A DNA stretch of 64,000 nucleotides from Bradymonadia bacterium (GTDB taxonomy: Bacteria; Myxococcota_A; Bradymonadia; UBA7976; UBA1532): the NCBI GenBank assembly GCA_046290225.1, contig JBKAGE010000042.1, positions 1 through 64,000 on the forward strand. The letters run 5' to 3'. The first letter of the stretch is position 1; each line of letters starts with the position of its first letter. The position numbers were made by a program, and so were the translations under genes. The notes beneath the pieces were generated by a model that was given only the letters and a program-made list of their open reading frames with translations, searched no databases and was not told where the DNA came from. Positions 18,521 through 27,925 of the stretch are shown here, piece after piece.

Positions 18521-21235
18521 ATGTCAGCCGCGGCCCTCAAAGAGGGCGCCCAGTTCGGACAATATCAGCTGATCAAGCGCATCGCCGTCGGCGGCATGGC
18601 AGAGATCCACCTCGCCAGGACCGTGAGCATGGGGGCGGTGGAGAAGCTGCTGGCCCTCAAGGTGATCAACCCGAAGCACAGCGCTGATCAAGAGTTCATC
18701 GACATGCTCATCGACGAGGCGAAGATCTCGGTGCAGCTGTCCCACGTGAACATCTGCCAGACCTTCGATCTCGGCTGTCTGGAACTGATCTACTACATCG
18801 CCATGGAGTTCATCGACGGCAAGGACCTCTACCAGGTCCTCGTGAAGTGCGCTGATCTCGATGTGCCGATCCCCTTCGAGCTCATCGCCTTCATCGGCAT
18901 GGAGCTCAGCGCCGGGCTGCACTACGCCCACACCAAGATGGACAACTATGGCCGCCCGCTGGAGATCATCCACCGCGACGTGAGCCCCCAGAACGTGCTG
19001 GTGAGCTACGACGGCGAGGTGAAGATCGTCGACTTCGGCATCGCCAAGGCCAGCCAGCGCAGCCGCGAGACCGAGAACGGGGTCATCAAGGGCAAGTTCT
19101 TCTACATGTCGCCGGAGCAGGCCTGGGGTGATCCCGTCGACGCCCGGACCGACGTCTTCAGCGCGGGCATCTGCCTCTACGAGATGATCTGCGGGGAGAT
19201 GCTCTACCAGGAAGAGAAGGCCCTGCAGCTGCTCGACAAGGTGCGCAAGGCGGAGATCCCCAGCATGCGGGCCCGCCGCCCGGATCTGCCCCAGGAGCTC
19301 GAAGCCATCGTGCTCAAGGCCCTGGCCCAGAAGAAAGAGGAGCGCTACGCCAACGCTGCAGAGCTGCAGGCTGCGCTCTCGGGCTTCTTGTACCGCAACT
19401 ACCCGGGCTTCAACCGCACCCAGGTCTCGTCGTTCATGTCGCAGATCTTCGGCAACCAGCGCTTTGTGCTGCCGATGCCCGGGCAAGACGGCCGCTCGAT
19501 GCCAGTGGAGCCCATGCGGGAGGCCAACGACTTCTCGGCGATCTCTCACAGCGTGATCCACGAGATGTCGCCTGAAGAGCGTCAGGGCCGCGCTTCGATC
19601 AACACTTCGTCGATCCCCCAACCTCAGGCGCGACCCTTCCCGGGCTCGCCGACGAACCCTCTCGCCGCTCAACCCGTGCAACAACGGGTCGGTGTCCCCG
19701 CTCAACAGGACTTCGACCCTTCGGAAGATGACGAGCACACCATCGCGGAGACGTTCTGGGACAGCACCAACAGCACCCTCGAGCCCACGGGCGCGCTACA
19801 GGTCGACCCCGACATGCTCAGCTCGGTGACGAGCGGTGCTGGCGCCCCCATCGGCCAACAAGAAGAGACGCCCACGCGCCTCTTCACCCGACCCGACATC
19901 GCTGATCTCGAGCGCCCACAACCCAAGAGCGCTCAGGCTGTCGCTGTGCCCGCGCCGGTGGTGCCTGATCCCGACCCGCCGATGGCGGCCACTGTGGGCC
20001 TCTCGATCCCCGAAGCGGAGATCGCAGCCCTGGGCCTGGGTGATCCAGAAGACGGCCCCGGACCCACACGCACTCTGCCCTCCGTAGAATCCACGGGGGC
20101 GTTGGGGGCGCTGCCACCCACGAGCAGCATCCCCATGGCGACGCCTATCCCCCAACCAGCGGTGCCGCAACCGGTGGCGCCACAGCCCACACCGGTGCCC
20201 TCTGGCCGCACAGGCAAAAGCGGCAAGCCCCTGCCACCCAAGAAGCGCTCCGGTGGCAGCGGCGGTGGTAAGAAGCCGATCCCGCCCAAGCGCGAGCGCC
20301 CTGAAGGCCGCCCGTCGAGCGACGGCCTGCCTCAAGCCGATCAGCCTGCGGCACGAGACGATGCCGCCAAGAAGCCGCGCAAGAAGCGCCCCACGAGTGA
20401 TGGCGGGCCGCCCTCCAAGAACCGCAAGCCCAGGAACCGGGCAGAAGAGTCCGGGCGTCCCACGATCACAGGCGAGGGGCCGCCGAAGAGCAAGCGGCGC
20501 AAGAAGCCTTCGGGCGATCAACCGCCGGCAGAGGCTGCTGATACGCGCAAGCAGGCCGACAGCCAGGCAGCAGACAAGAAAGCTGCCGACAAGAAGGGCA
20601 AAGGCGAAAAGCCAAAGCGCAACACGGTCAACAAGAAGGGCCGTCGGCGCAAGAAGTCGGTCTGGCAACTGATCTTCGGCCCCGTGGGGATCACCACGGT
20701 CATGGTGCTGGCCCTCACGGGTTACGTTGTCTGGAAGGTGGTGGCACCGGAGATCGGCGGCGGCAGCGAGGTGGTCAAGAGCGCCACCCTGGTGATCAAC
20801 TCCACGCCGCCTGGAGCAGAGATCTTCTTCAACGGCACCGCCACGGGGAAGAACACGCCCGCAAGCCTCACCGACGTGGAGACCGGCGCCACTCATATGG
20901 TGATCTTGAAGCGAGAAGGCTACGAAGATCACCAGGAGCAGGTGAAGATCAGAGCCGACGCGCTCACCGACGGCAAACACCGCATGTCGGCCTTCTTGAA
21001 GCGCTCTGGGGGCACGTTGATCCTGAACACGATCCCACCCGGGGCTCAGGTCTTCATCGACGGGCGCTTCATCGGCGACACCCCGCTGAAGAAGACGGGC
21101 CTCAACCGCGAGAAAGAAGAGTTCCGGGTGCTCCTCACCAAAGAGGGCTACGAGCAACGTCAAGACGTGCTGCGCTGGAACGAAGACACCACCATCGAGC
21201 TGAAAGATCTGAAACTCGAGCCATCAGGGCGCTGA
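18521..21235 (+). CDS. Membrane Ser/Thr protein kinase with PEGA domains
   Basis: GGMAEI, HRDVSPQN, DFGIAK, YMSPEQ; Pro/Lys-rich linker, one TM helix, two PEGA-like repeats (STPPGAEIFFNG, TIPPGAQVFIDG). Confidence 0.95.
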   Translation: MSAAALKEGAQFGQYQLIKRIAVGGMAEIHLARTVSMGAVEKLLALKVINPKHSADQEFIDMLIDEAKISVQLSHVNICQTFDLGCLELIYYIAMEFIDGKDLYQVLVKCADLDVPIPFELIAFIGMELSAGLHYAHTKMDNYGRPLEIIHRDVSPQNVLVSYDGEVKIVDFGIAKASQRSRETENGVIKGKFFYMSPEQAWGDPVDARTDVFSAGICLYEMICGEMLYQEEKALQLLDKVRKAEIPSMRARRPDLPQELEAIVLKALAQKKEERYANAAELQAALSGFLYRNYPGFNRTQVSSFMSQIFGNQRFVLPMPGQDGRSMPVEPMREANDFSAISHSVIHEMSPEERQGRASINTSSIPQPQARPFPGSPTNPLAAQPVQQRVGVPAQQDFDPSEDDEHTIAETFWDSTNSTLEPTGALQVDPDMLSSVTSGAGAPIGQQEETPTRLFTRPDIADLERPQPKSAQAVAVPAPVVPDPDPPMAATVGLSIPEAEIAALGLGDPEDGPGPTRTLPSVESTGALGALPPTSSIPMATPIPQPAVPQPVAPQPTPVPSGRTGKSGKPLPPKKRSGGSGGGKKPIPPKRERPEGRPSSDGLPQADQPAARDDAAKKPRKKRPTSDGGPPSKNRKPRNRAEESGRPTITGEGPPKSKRRKKPSGDQPPAEAADTRKQADSQAADKKAADKKGKGEKPKRNTVNKKGRRRKKSVWQLIFGPVGITTVMVLALTGYVVWKVVAPEIGGGSEVVKSATLVINSTPPGAEIFFNGTATGKNTPASLTDVETGATHMVILKREGYEDHQEQVKIRADALTDGKHRMSAFLKRSGGTLILNTIPPGAQVFIDGRFIGDTPLKKTGLNREKEEFRVLLTKEGYEQRQDVLRWNEDTTIELKDLKLEPSGR

Positions 21236-21236
21236 C

Positions 21237-22601
21237 ATGTCGACCGCCGTCGAGATCCCCTCGCTGCCTTCCAGCGGTCTCCTGGGCCACTCTTCACGGA
21301 TGGCCTCTGATCCGTTGGGGCTCTTCATGGACGTGGTGCACAACTGCGGCGACATCGCCCAGCTGCGCTTTGGCCCCGTGAAGGCCTGGTGCCTGTCGAA
21401 CCCGGAGTACATCGAGCATGTGCTCGTCTCTCAGCATGCCCGCTACCGCAAGGACACCCGCGGTTATCGCAAGCTGCGGCTGACCATGGGCCAGGGGCTG
21501 GTGACGAGCGAGGGTGACTTCTGGCTGCGGCAACGGCGCATCGCCCAGCCCGCCTTCGCCCGCAAGACCCTGAAGGGCTTCGCGGAGACGATGACCGCCT
21601 GCACCGACGAGGCGGTGAGCCGCTGGTCTGAGGCGGCCCGGGCAGGGCAGAGCCTCGACATGGCGCGAGAGCTCTTCACCCTCACGCTGAAGATCGCCGG
21701 CCTCACCCTGTGCAACCTCGACATGACCGACGAGGCGAGCCGCTTCGGCAAAGCGGTCGACGTGGTGCTCGAACGCTTCTTGTTCCTCTTCACCGCCCCG
21801 GTACCCTGGCCAGAGTACGTGCCCACACCGGCCACTCTGGCTTTCTGGCGGGCGAACAAAGTGCTCAAGGGCACCGTGGAGGACATCATCACCCAGCGCC
21901 GGGCTTCAGGGGCAGAGCACCACGACTTGTTGGGCATGTTCATGGCGGCCACCGACGAAGAGACCGGTGAGGGCATGAGCGATCGCCAGCTGCGCGACGA
22001 GGCCCTCACCATGTTGCTCGCGGGCCACGAGACCACGGCGAACGCCCTCGCCTGGACCCTGCACCTGCTCACCCAGCATCCCGAAGTCGCCCGCCGGATC
22101 GAAGCCGAGCTCGACACGGTCCTCGGCGCGGACAGGCGCCTGCCCACCCTCGACGATCTCAAGGCACTGCAATACACCACCCAGGTGTTCAAAGAATCGG
22201 TCCGTCTGTTCCCACCGGTGTGGGTGCTGGCCCGCCGCTGCATCGAGCGAGATGAGATCGGGGGCTTCACCATCGAGCCAGGGCACTATGTGTTCTTCTC
22301 TCAGTGGTCGATGCATCGCCACCCGCGGCTCTGGCAGAACCCCGAGCGCTTCGATCCCGACCGCTTCGCCCCCGAGGCCCCGAACCCTGGCCGGTTCTTG
22401 TATTTCCCCTTCAGCCGAGGCCGTCGACAGTGCATCGGCGATCGCTTCGCGGAGATGGAGGGGGTGCTGTTGCTGGCGGTGATGATGAGCCGCTTGCGCT
22501 TCGACGGCCTCTCTGATGACCCGGTGATCCCAGAGCCCACGGTGACCCTTCGCCCCAAGGGCGGGCTGCCCATGCGCCTCACCGAGCGGGCCGGCGATTG
22601 A
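21237..22601 (+). CDS. Cytochrome P450
   Basis: AGHETT, ExxR (ESVR), PDRF, heme motif FSRGRRQCIG. Confidence 0.96.
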   Translation: MSTAVEIPSLPSSGLLGHSSRMASDPLGLFMDVVHNCGDIAQLRFGPVKAWCLSNPEYIEHVLVSQHARYRKDTRGYRKLRLTMGQGLVTSEGDFWLRQRRIAQPAFARKTLKGFAETMTACTDEAVSRWSEAARAGQSLDMARELFTLTLKIAGLTLCNLDMTDEASRFGKAVDVVLERFLFLFTAPVPWPEYVPTPATLAFWRANKVLKGTVEDIITQRRASGAEHHDLLGMFMAATDEETGEGMSDRQLRDEALTMLLAGHETTANALAWTLHLLTQHPEVARRIEAELDTVLGADRRLPTLDDLKALQYTTQVFKESVRLFPPVWVLARRCIERDEIGGFTIEPGHYVFFSQWSMHRHPRLWQNPERFDPDRFAPEAPNPGRFLYFPFSRGRRQCIGDRFAEMEGVLLLAVMMSRLRFDGLSDDPVIPEPTVTLRPKGGLPMRLTERAGD

Positions 22602-22660
22602 CTCTCCCACCCCCGTGGCGCTAGCTTTGGCCGTTTCCAAAGCCTGCTTATGGGGAAAAT

Positions 22661-25600
22661 ATGATGTCTGGCTGGCACAAGATCTGGCGAGGCGCCTTTC
22701 TGTTGATGACATTCGCAGCATGTGGTCGCGGTGGCGGCTGCGGCGGGTGTGACTCAGAAGGCAATTTCGACGACAAGGACCGAGTGCACTCGGCCATCCA
22801 GGTGCGCATCAGCGAGCCGGGCATTCAGTTCCTCGAAGAGAACCTCGAGCCCATCCTCGCGGAGACCTTGCCCGAGGGCCTCGACATCTGCCTGCCCGGC
22901 GATGGCGGCACCATCGAAGATCCGCTCTTCGGCATCGACCTCTTCGACTGGGGTTACTGCCAGGCGGTGTGCGACGACGGGAGCAACGGCTGCCAGATCG
23001 GCATCGACATCCAGGGTGTCGACTTGCAGCTCATCGATCCCAGCACCGTGCGGGCGAGCATCACCTTCAGCGAGCTCTCGGTGATGCTCGACGTCTTCGC
23101 CGATGGCATCGCCGAATGCACGCTGTCGGTGAACGGTCCCGGATTCCCCGTGGCGGTCGATCTCGATTTGTCCACGCCTGATCCACGGCGCGATCTGACC
23201 TTCAGCATCGGCAACCCTCAGTACAACCTCGCTGATCTCGAGATCCGCCTCCGGAGCGGCAACGGTGGGTTCCTGAGCGAGGCCTGCGACCTGATCGACG
23301 GGGTGATCAACTTCCCCTTCATCGGCGACTTCATCCTCGGGGTGCTGCAGGGCTTCCTCGACGGCCCCCTCGAAGATCTGCTCAACGGCTTCGTGGAAGA
23401 CTTCACCTGCGCCACGTGTGAGATCGACGCCGACTGCCCCTTGGAAGGTGGTGGTCGCTGTGTCGACGGCACCTGTGAGCTCAACGGGGCCTGCATCCCC
23501 GCGCCGCTCGGCGTCGAGGGTGTGCTCGACACCGGCAGCCTGGTGTCCTCGGTCTCTCCAGGGGTCGAGGCAGAGCTGACCTACATCGCCACCCCGGGCT
23601 CTTATGTCGAGGTGGAGAACAACGGGCTGTCCCTCGGTGTGATCTCCGGCGCCATCGCCGAGCCTGCTCGCTGCGTGCCCTTGCGGGCCCAGCCCCCCAC
23701 CGACGAGCTGCCCCGGGCAGAATCGCTCCGCGGCAACGCTGATCCCAACGGCAACCCCTACGAGGTGGGCATCGCCGTCAGCCAGAACATCGTCGACCAC
23801 TTCATGTGGGCGGGCTACATGAGCGGCACGCTGTGCCTCACGCTGGGCACCGACACCATCGAGCAGCTCAACAGCACCCTGCTCGGCGCCCTGGTGCCGG
23901 GCCTGCGCGAGCTCACCCGCCGCCAGCCGGCTCCTGTGGCCCTTACGGTGGCCCCTCAAGCGGTGCCTGCCGTCACCTTCGGCCAGAACATCCTGTCCGC
24001 AGAGCCCAACGAAGACGGCCAGCGCGAGATCGTCGATCCGCTGCTCACCCTCGACATCCCCGACTTCTGGCTCGACTTCCACGTCTTCGCCGAGGGTCGC
24101 TGGATCCGTATCTTTAGCCTGAGTATGGACATCTCCGTGCCCATCGCCGTGGACTTCACCCCGGAGAACGGCATCATCCCGGTCCTCGGCGACATCGCCG
24201 GTGGCATCACCAACCTCGAAGCCAACAACGCCGAGATCCTGGCCCCGGGGGCCACAGAGCGTCTGGTGACGCTGCTGCCCACGCTGCTCAACGGCTTGCT
24301 GCCCAGCCTCACCGAGTCTCTCGCCGAGCCCATCGAGCTGCCCGATCTGCTGGGCTACCGCCTCGACCTGCAAGAAGGCTCGCTGCGGGGCATCGAGAAC
24401 AACACGTTCCTCGGGGTGTTCACCGCCCTCGACCGCGCCGACGCCAATGAGCCCCCTCCGGGCATGGGCGCTCGCTTCGCCGTGGAGACCGATGTAGAGC
24501 TGCTCGAGGTCTTCTCCCCGAACCCCGCAGACTTGGAGCCTGGGGTGCCCGAGGGCTGGCGCAAGCCCTTCGTGCGGGTGGCCCTCGACGCCTGGGACGG
24601 CACCGCCGACGAGGCCGAGATGGAGTACTCCTGGCGCATCGATGGCGGTAGCTGGAGCCTCTTCAGCGCCACCGACGAGATGGTGATCCGCGATCCTGCG
24701 CTGCTGATGCAGGGCCGCCACACCCTGGCGGTCCGCGCCCGCCGCGCCGACGACTATCACACCCTCGATCCTGATCCCGCGGAGCTGTCGTTCATCATCG
24801 ACAGCCGGGCCCCGATCATCGACGTCGACGTGCAGCCCGAGACGGTGCACGTGTCGGCCACCGACTGGGTCTCGGGTGATGATCTCGAGGTCCGCTGGCG
24901 CGCTGATGACGGCGAGTGGCAGCCCATCGAGGCCGAGGCGATCATCGAGGCCGGGGGCCTCAGTGAAATCGTCATCGAAGCCACCGATGAAGCGGGCCAC
25001 ACCGCCGAAGCCCGGGTGCGCACCTCCGAGCAGGGCCTCATCGGCCGCCCCTCGTACGACGCCCGCAACAGCGACAACCCCGACAGCGGGGGCTGTGACT
25101 GCGCAGTGACCCGAGATCGCAGCCCCACGGGCACCCTGGGTTGGATGGCGCTGCTCCTCGCCGCAGGCCTGCTGATCCGCCGACGCCGCATGCCCCGCAG
25201 CGGCGCTTCTCTCAAGGGCCTCATGACCGCACTGGTGGCCCTGCTGGCCATCGGCTGCTCCGACTCGAACCGCAGCGGTGACGGCGAGGGTGAGTCCGAC
25301 GCCCGGGCGCCGATCAAGCCCGACATGGGCGCACCCATCGGCGAGATCGACTGTGTCGACGACAACGACTGTGACGATCCCAACCAGTTCTGCCGCAATG
25401 TGGGTGGCCGCGATGTTTGCGCGGTGGTGCCCTGCGACGGCAACCCCAGCGCCTGCGACATGCTGGCCTGCCCCGAGGGCGAGAACGCCCTGTGCAACCC
25501 CGCGGGCATCTGTGAGTGCGAGGCCTTCTGCGCTGGCGGCTGCGGCGATGGTGAGTACTGCTGTCTGGCCTCGAACAGCTGTGAGCCCACGCCGGCAGCC

Positions 25601-26929
25601 TGCGCCGACGTGACGTGTGATCCGGGCTTCGAGCTGATGGTGACCGACAACGGCACGGTGAACCCGATGTCGTGCGCCCTCGACGGGACGGTCTGTGCCT
25701 GCGTGGAGCAGAGCCCCCTCGATCCGGGTCGGGTGGGCCGTCACAGCGACATGGTGGTGGCTGGTGAGGTGGCCTACGTCTCGGCCTACGCTGAAGATTA
25801 CGGCGATCTGGTGGTGGGCCGCCTCAACCCTGAGGGCGACACGACCTGGTGGTGGGTGGACGGCGTGCCCGAGGGCGACGTGGTGGCGGGCCCCAACGGC
25901 CCCCGCGGTGGCGTAGAGGACGAAGGCCCTGACGTCGGCATCTACACTGCCATCGCTCGGGCCGACGACGGCACCCTGCACGTGGCCTACCACGATCTGG
26001 ACGAGGGTACTCTGAAGTACGCCCACGGCGCTCCTGAAGGCGACGCCTTCACCTGGACCACCCTCACCCTCGACGAGGCGGAAGGCTCTGGCGCGTACGC
26101 CAGCATCAGCCTCGACAACCGCGGCGTGCCCGGCGTGGCCTACCGCGTGGCGGAGATCGCCGACGGCGATGCCACGGTGAGCGAGCTGCGCTACCGCCTG
26201 GCCCGAAACCCCAACCCCGCCACGGCGAACGACTGGAACCCTGCCTTTGTGGTGGCCACGAGCCCGGTCGAGGGTGAAGGCGACGGCACGTACCCCGAGG
26301 GCACGGGCCTCTTCACCACCCAGGCCCGCACCCCTGACGGCCTGCCGGTCCTGGCCTGGTACGATCGCACTTATGGCCAGCTCTGGTGGTCCCGTCTGAC
26401 CCCCGAGGGTTTCGACGTGCCCGAGCTGCTCGCGGGCTGGGGCCACCCGGAGCGCGATGGCGACATGGGCACCAACGTCGACATCGCCGTCGACGCTGGG
26501 GGCAACATCCACCTCTGCTACCAGGACGGCACCACCGACTCGCTGCGCTACCTCGCCCCGGCCCTGGGCCTGGACGAGTGGGTAGACGACGGCGTGCGTA
26601 CGAACTATGGCGGCCGGGAGCACGCGATCCACGTCGTGGGCGAAGACTGCAACATCGACTTCGACAGCGAGAACAACCCGGTCATCGTCTACCAGGACGC
26701 CACGGGCCACGATGTGGTGATGGCCCGCCGGGTCTTCAACCTCGACGGCGAGCCGTCCTGGAACTGGGAGATCCTCGCAGGGAACGAGCCCACCTATCAG
26801 GGCAGCATGGGCTTCTACACCCGAGCAGCCATCGAGGCGGGCGTGCTCTGGGTGAGTCACTACTTCTATAACACCCAGGCCGAGCCTGCTCAGGAGGGCC
26901 TGGGCCTGCTGCGCTTCCGCGTGGAGTAA
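22661..26929 (+). CDS. Large Cys-rich surface protein with internal MYXO-CTERM-like motif and a second lipobox
   Basis: N-terminal FAAC lipobox; internal GGCDCAV...WMALLLAAGLLIRRRR then hydrophobic LVALLAIGC; C-terminal repeats HVAYHD..LKYA and HLCYQD..LRY. Confidence 0.85.
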   Translation: MMSGWHKIWRGAFLLMTFAACGRGGGCGGCDSEGNFDDKDRVHSAIQVRISEPGIQFLEENLEPILAETLPEGLDICLPGDGGTIEDPLFGIDLFDWGYCQAVCDDGSNGCQIGIDIQGVDLQLIDPSTVRASITFSELSVMLDVFADGIAECTLSVNGPGFPVAVDLDLSTPDPRRDLTFSIGNPQYNLADLEIRLRSGNGGFLSEACDLIDGVINFPFIGDFILGVLQGFLDGPLEDLLNGFVEDFTCATCEIDADCPLEGGGRCVDGTCELNGACIPAPLGVEGVLDTGSLVSSVSPGVEAELTYIATPGSYVEVENNGLSLGVISGAIAEPARCVPLRAQPPTDELPRAESLRGNADPNGNPYEVGIAVSQNIVDHFMWAGYMSGTLCLTLGTDTIEQLNSTLLGALVPGLRELTRRQPAPVALTVAPQAVPAVTFGQNILSAEPNEDGQREIVDPLLTLDIPDFWLDFHVFAEGRWIRIFSLSMDISVPIAVDFTPENGIIPVLGDIAGGITNLEANNAEILAPGATERLVTLLPTLLNGLLPSLTESLAEPIELPDLLGYRLDLQEGSLRGIENNTFLGVFTALDRADANEPPPGMGARFAVETDVELLEVFSPNPADLEPGVPEGWRKPFVRVALDAWDGTADEAEMEYSWRIDGGSWSLFSATDEMVIRDPALLMQGRHTLAVRARRADDYHTLDPDPAELSFIIDSRAPIIDVDVQPETVHVSATDWVSGDDLEVRWRADDGEWQPIEAEAIIEAGGLSEIVIEATDEAGHTAEARVRTSEQGLIGRPSYDARNSDNPDSGGCDCAVTRDRSPTGTLGWMALLLAAGLLIRRRRMPRSGASLKGLMTALVALLAIGCSDSNRSGDGEGESDARAPIKPDMGAPIGEIDCVDDNDCDDPNQFCRNVGGRDVCAVVPCDGNPSACDMLACPEGENALCNPAGICECEAFCAGGCGDGEYCCLASNSCEPTPAACADVTCDPGFELMVTDNGTVNPMSCALDGTVCACVEQSPLDPGRVGRHSDMVVAGEVAYVSAYAEDYGDLVVGRLNPEGDTTWWWVDGVPEGDVVAGPNGPRGGVEDEGPDVGIYTAIARADDGTLHVAYHDLDEGTLKYAHGAPEGDAFTWTTLTLDEAEGSGAYASISLDNRGVPGVAYRVAEIADGDATVSELRYRLARNPNPATANDWNPAFVVATSPVEGEGDGTYPEGTGLFTTQARTPDGLPVLAWYDRTYGQLWWSRLTPEGFDVPELLAGWGHPERDGDMGTNVDIAVDAGGNIHLCYQDGTTDSLRYLAPALGLDEWVDDGVRTNYGGREHAIHVVGEDCNIDFDSENNPVIVYQDATGHDVVMARRVFNLDGEPSWNWEILAGNEPTYQGSMGFYTRAAIEAGVLWVSHYFYNTQAEPAQEGLGLLRFRVE

Positions 26930-27041
26930 GCCCTCTTCCTCGCGCCCTCCCCATATCCGGCGAGCAATCCACGCGATAGATAAGTTCCGCTACACTTCCG
27001 GGCCATCTGATCACTCAGACCCGTGAGGTCGGAACACCACC

Positions 27042-27905
27042 ATGCACATCCCTGATCTGGACACCCGCTGGGACCCGGACGCCGCCGCGCAGCTGCTCAG
27101 CCGCAGGCAGCTCGTCGAGCTCGACCAGGAGCACCCCGGATTCCGAGACGCCGACTACCGTGCCCGGCGCGATCGCATCGCCCGAGTGGCCTTCGATTAT
27201 CGCGAGGGCCCCGTGCCCGAGGTGGAGTACACCGAAGAAGAGCACGCCGTCTGGCGGGTCATCTGGGCCGAGCTCGAGGCGCGCCACACCGCGAGGGCCA
27301 GCTCTGCATTTCTCGACACCTGCGGTGATCTCGACCTGCCCAAGGATCGGATCCCACAGCTCGAGTGGGTGAGCGCTCGCCTTCAAGCGCACTCCGGATT
27401 TCGGCTCGCCCCCGTAGCGGGCCTCGTGCACCCGCGGGTCTTCATGGGGCACCTCGGCGAGGGCGTGTTCCTGTCGACCCAGTACATTCGCCATCACAGC
27501 GCCCCGCTCTACACCCCCGAGCCTGACGTCGTGCACGAGCTCATCGGCCACGGCGCCACGCTGATCCACCCTGGCATCGCCCAGGTGAGCAAACGCTTCG
27601 GCCAGGTGGCCCAGATGGCCGACGCCGAGCTGCTCACCGCCCTGACTCGGGTGTACTGGTACACCCTGGAGTTCGGCCTCGTGGAGGAAGGCGGCGAGGT
27701 GAAGGCCTTCGGCGCTGGAGTGCTGTCTTCAGTGGGCGAGATGGATCGCGCCCCCAGGGCCCCGCATCGGGCCTGGGACATCGACGAGATGGCCCGCACC
27801 GACTTCGACCCCACGATGTATCAGCCCTTCTACTATGTGGGCCCTGGCGTCGATCAGATGCTCTCTGATCTGAACGAGTGGCTCGACTCTCAAGCAGCCA
27901 CCTGA
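27042..27905 (+). CDS. phhA: Phenylalanine 4-monooxygenase
   Basis: STQYIRH, YTPEPDVVHELIGH, YWYTLEFGL, GAGVLSS. Confidence 0.93.
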   Translation: MHIPDLDTRWDPDAAAQLLSRRQLVELDQEHPGFRDADYRARRDRIARVAFDYREGPVPEVEYTEEEHAVWRVIWAELEARHTARASSAFLDTCGDLDLPKDRIPQLEWVSARLQAHSGFRLAPVAGLVHPRVFMGHLGEGVFLSTQYIRHHSAPLYTPEPDVVHELIGHGATLIHPGIAQVSKRFGQVAQMADAELLTALTRVYWYTLEFGLVEEGGEVKAFGAGVLSSVGEMDRAPRAPHRAWDIDEMARTDFDPTMYQPFYYVGPGVDQMLSDLNEWLDSQAAT

Positions 27906-27925
27906 TCAGACTGCATCGAGCGCAC

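Noticed and set aside
18521..22601. Kinase-P450 pair as a biosynthetic cluster
   Set aside because: No precursor peptide, synthase or other tailoring genes adjacent.
22754..26860. Very long antisense ORFs (also 50482-52566, 52863-54548, 4267-5805, 18524-19738)
   Set aside because: Shadow frames of real genes caused by high GC codon bias; no motifs of their own.
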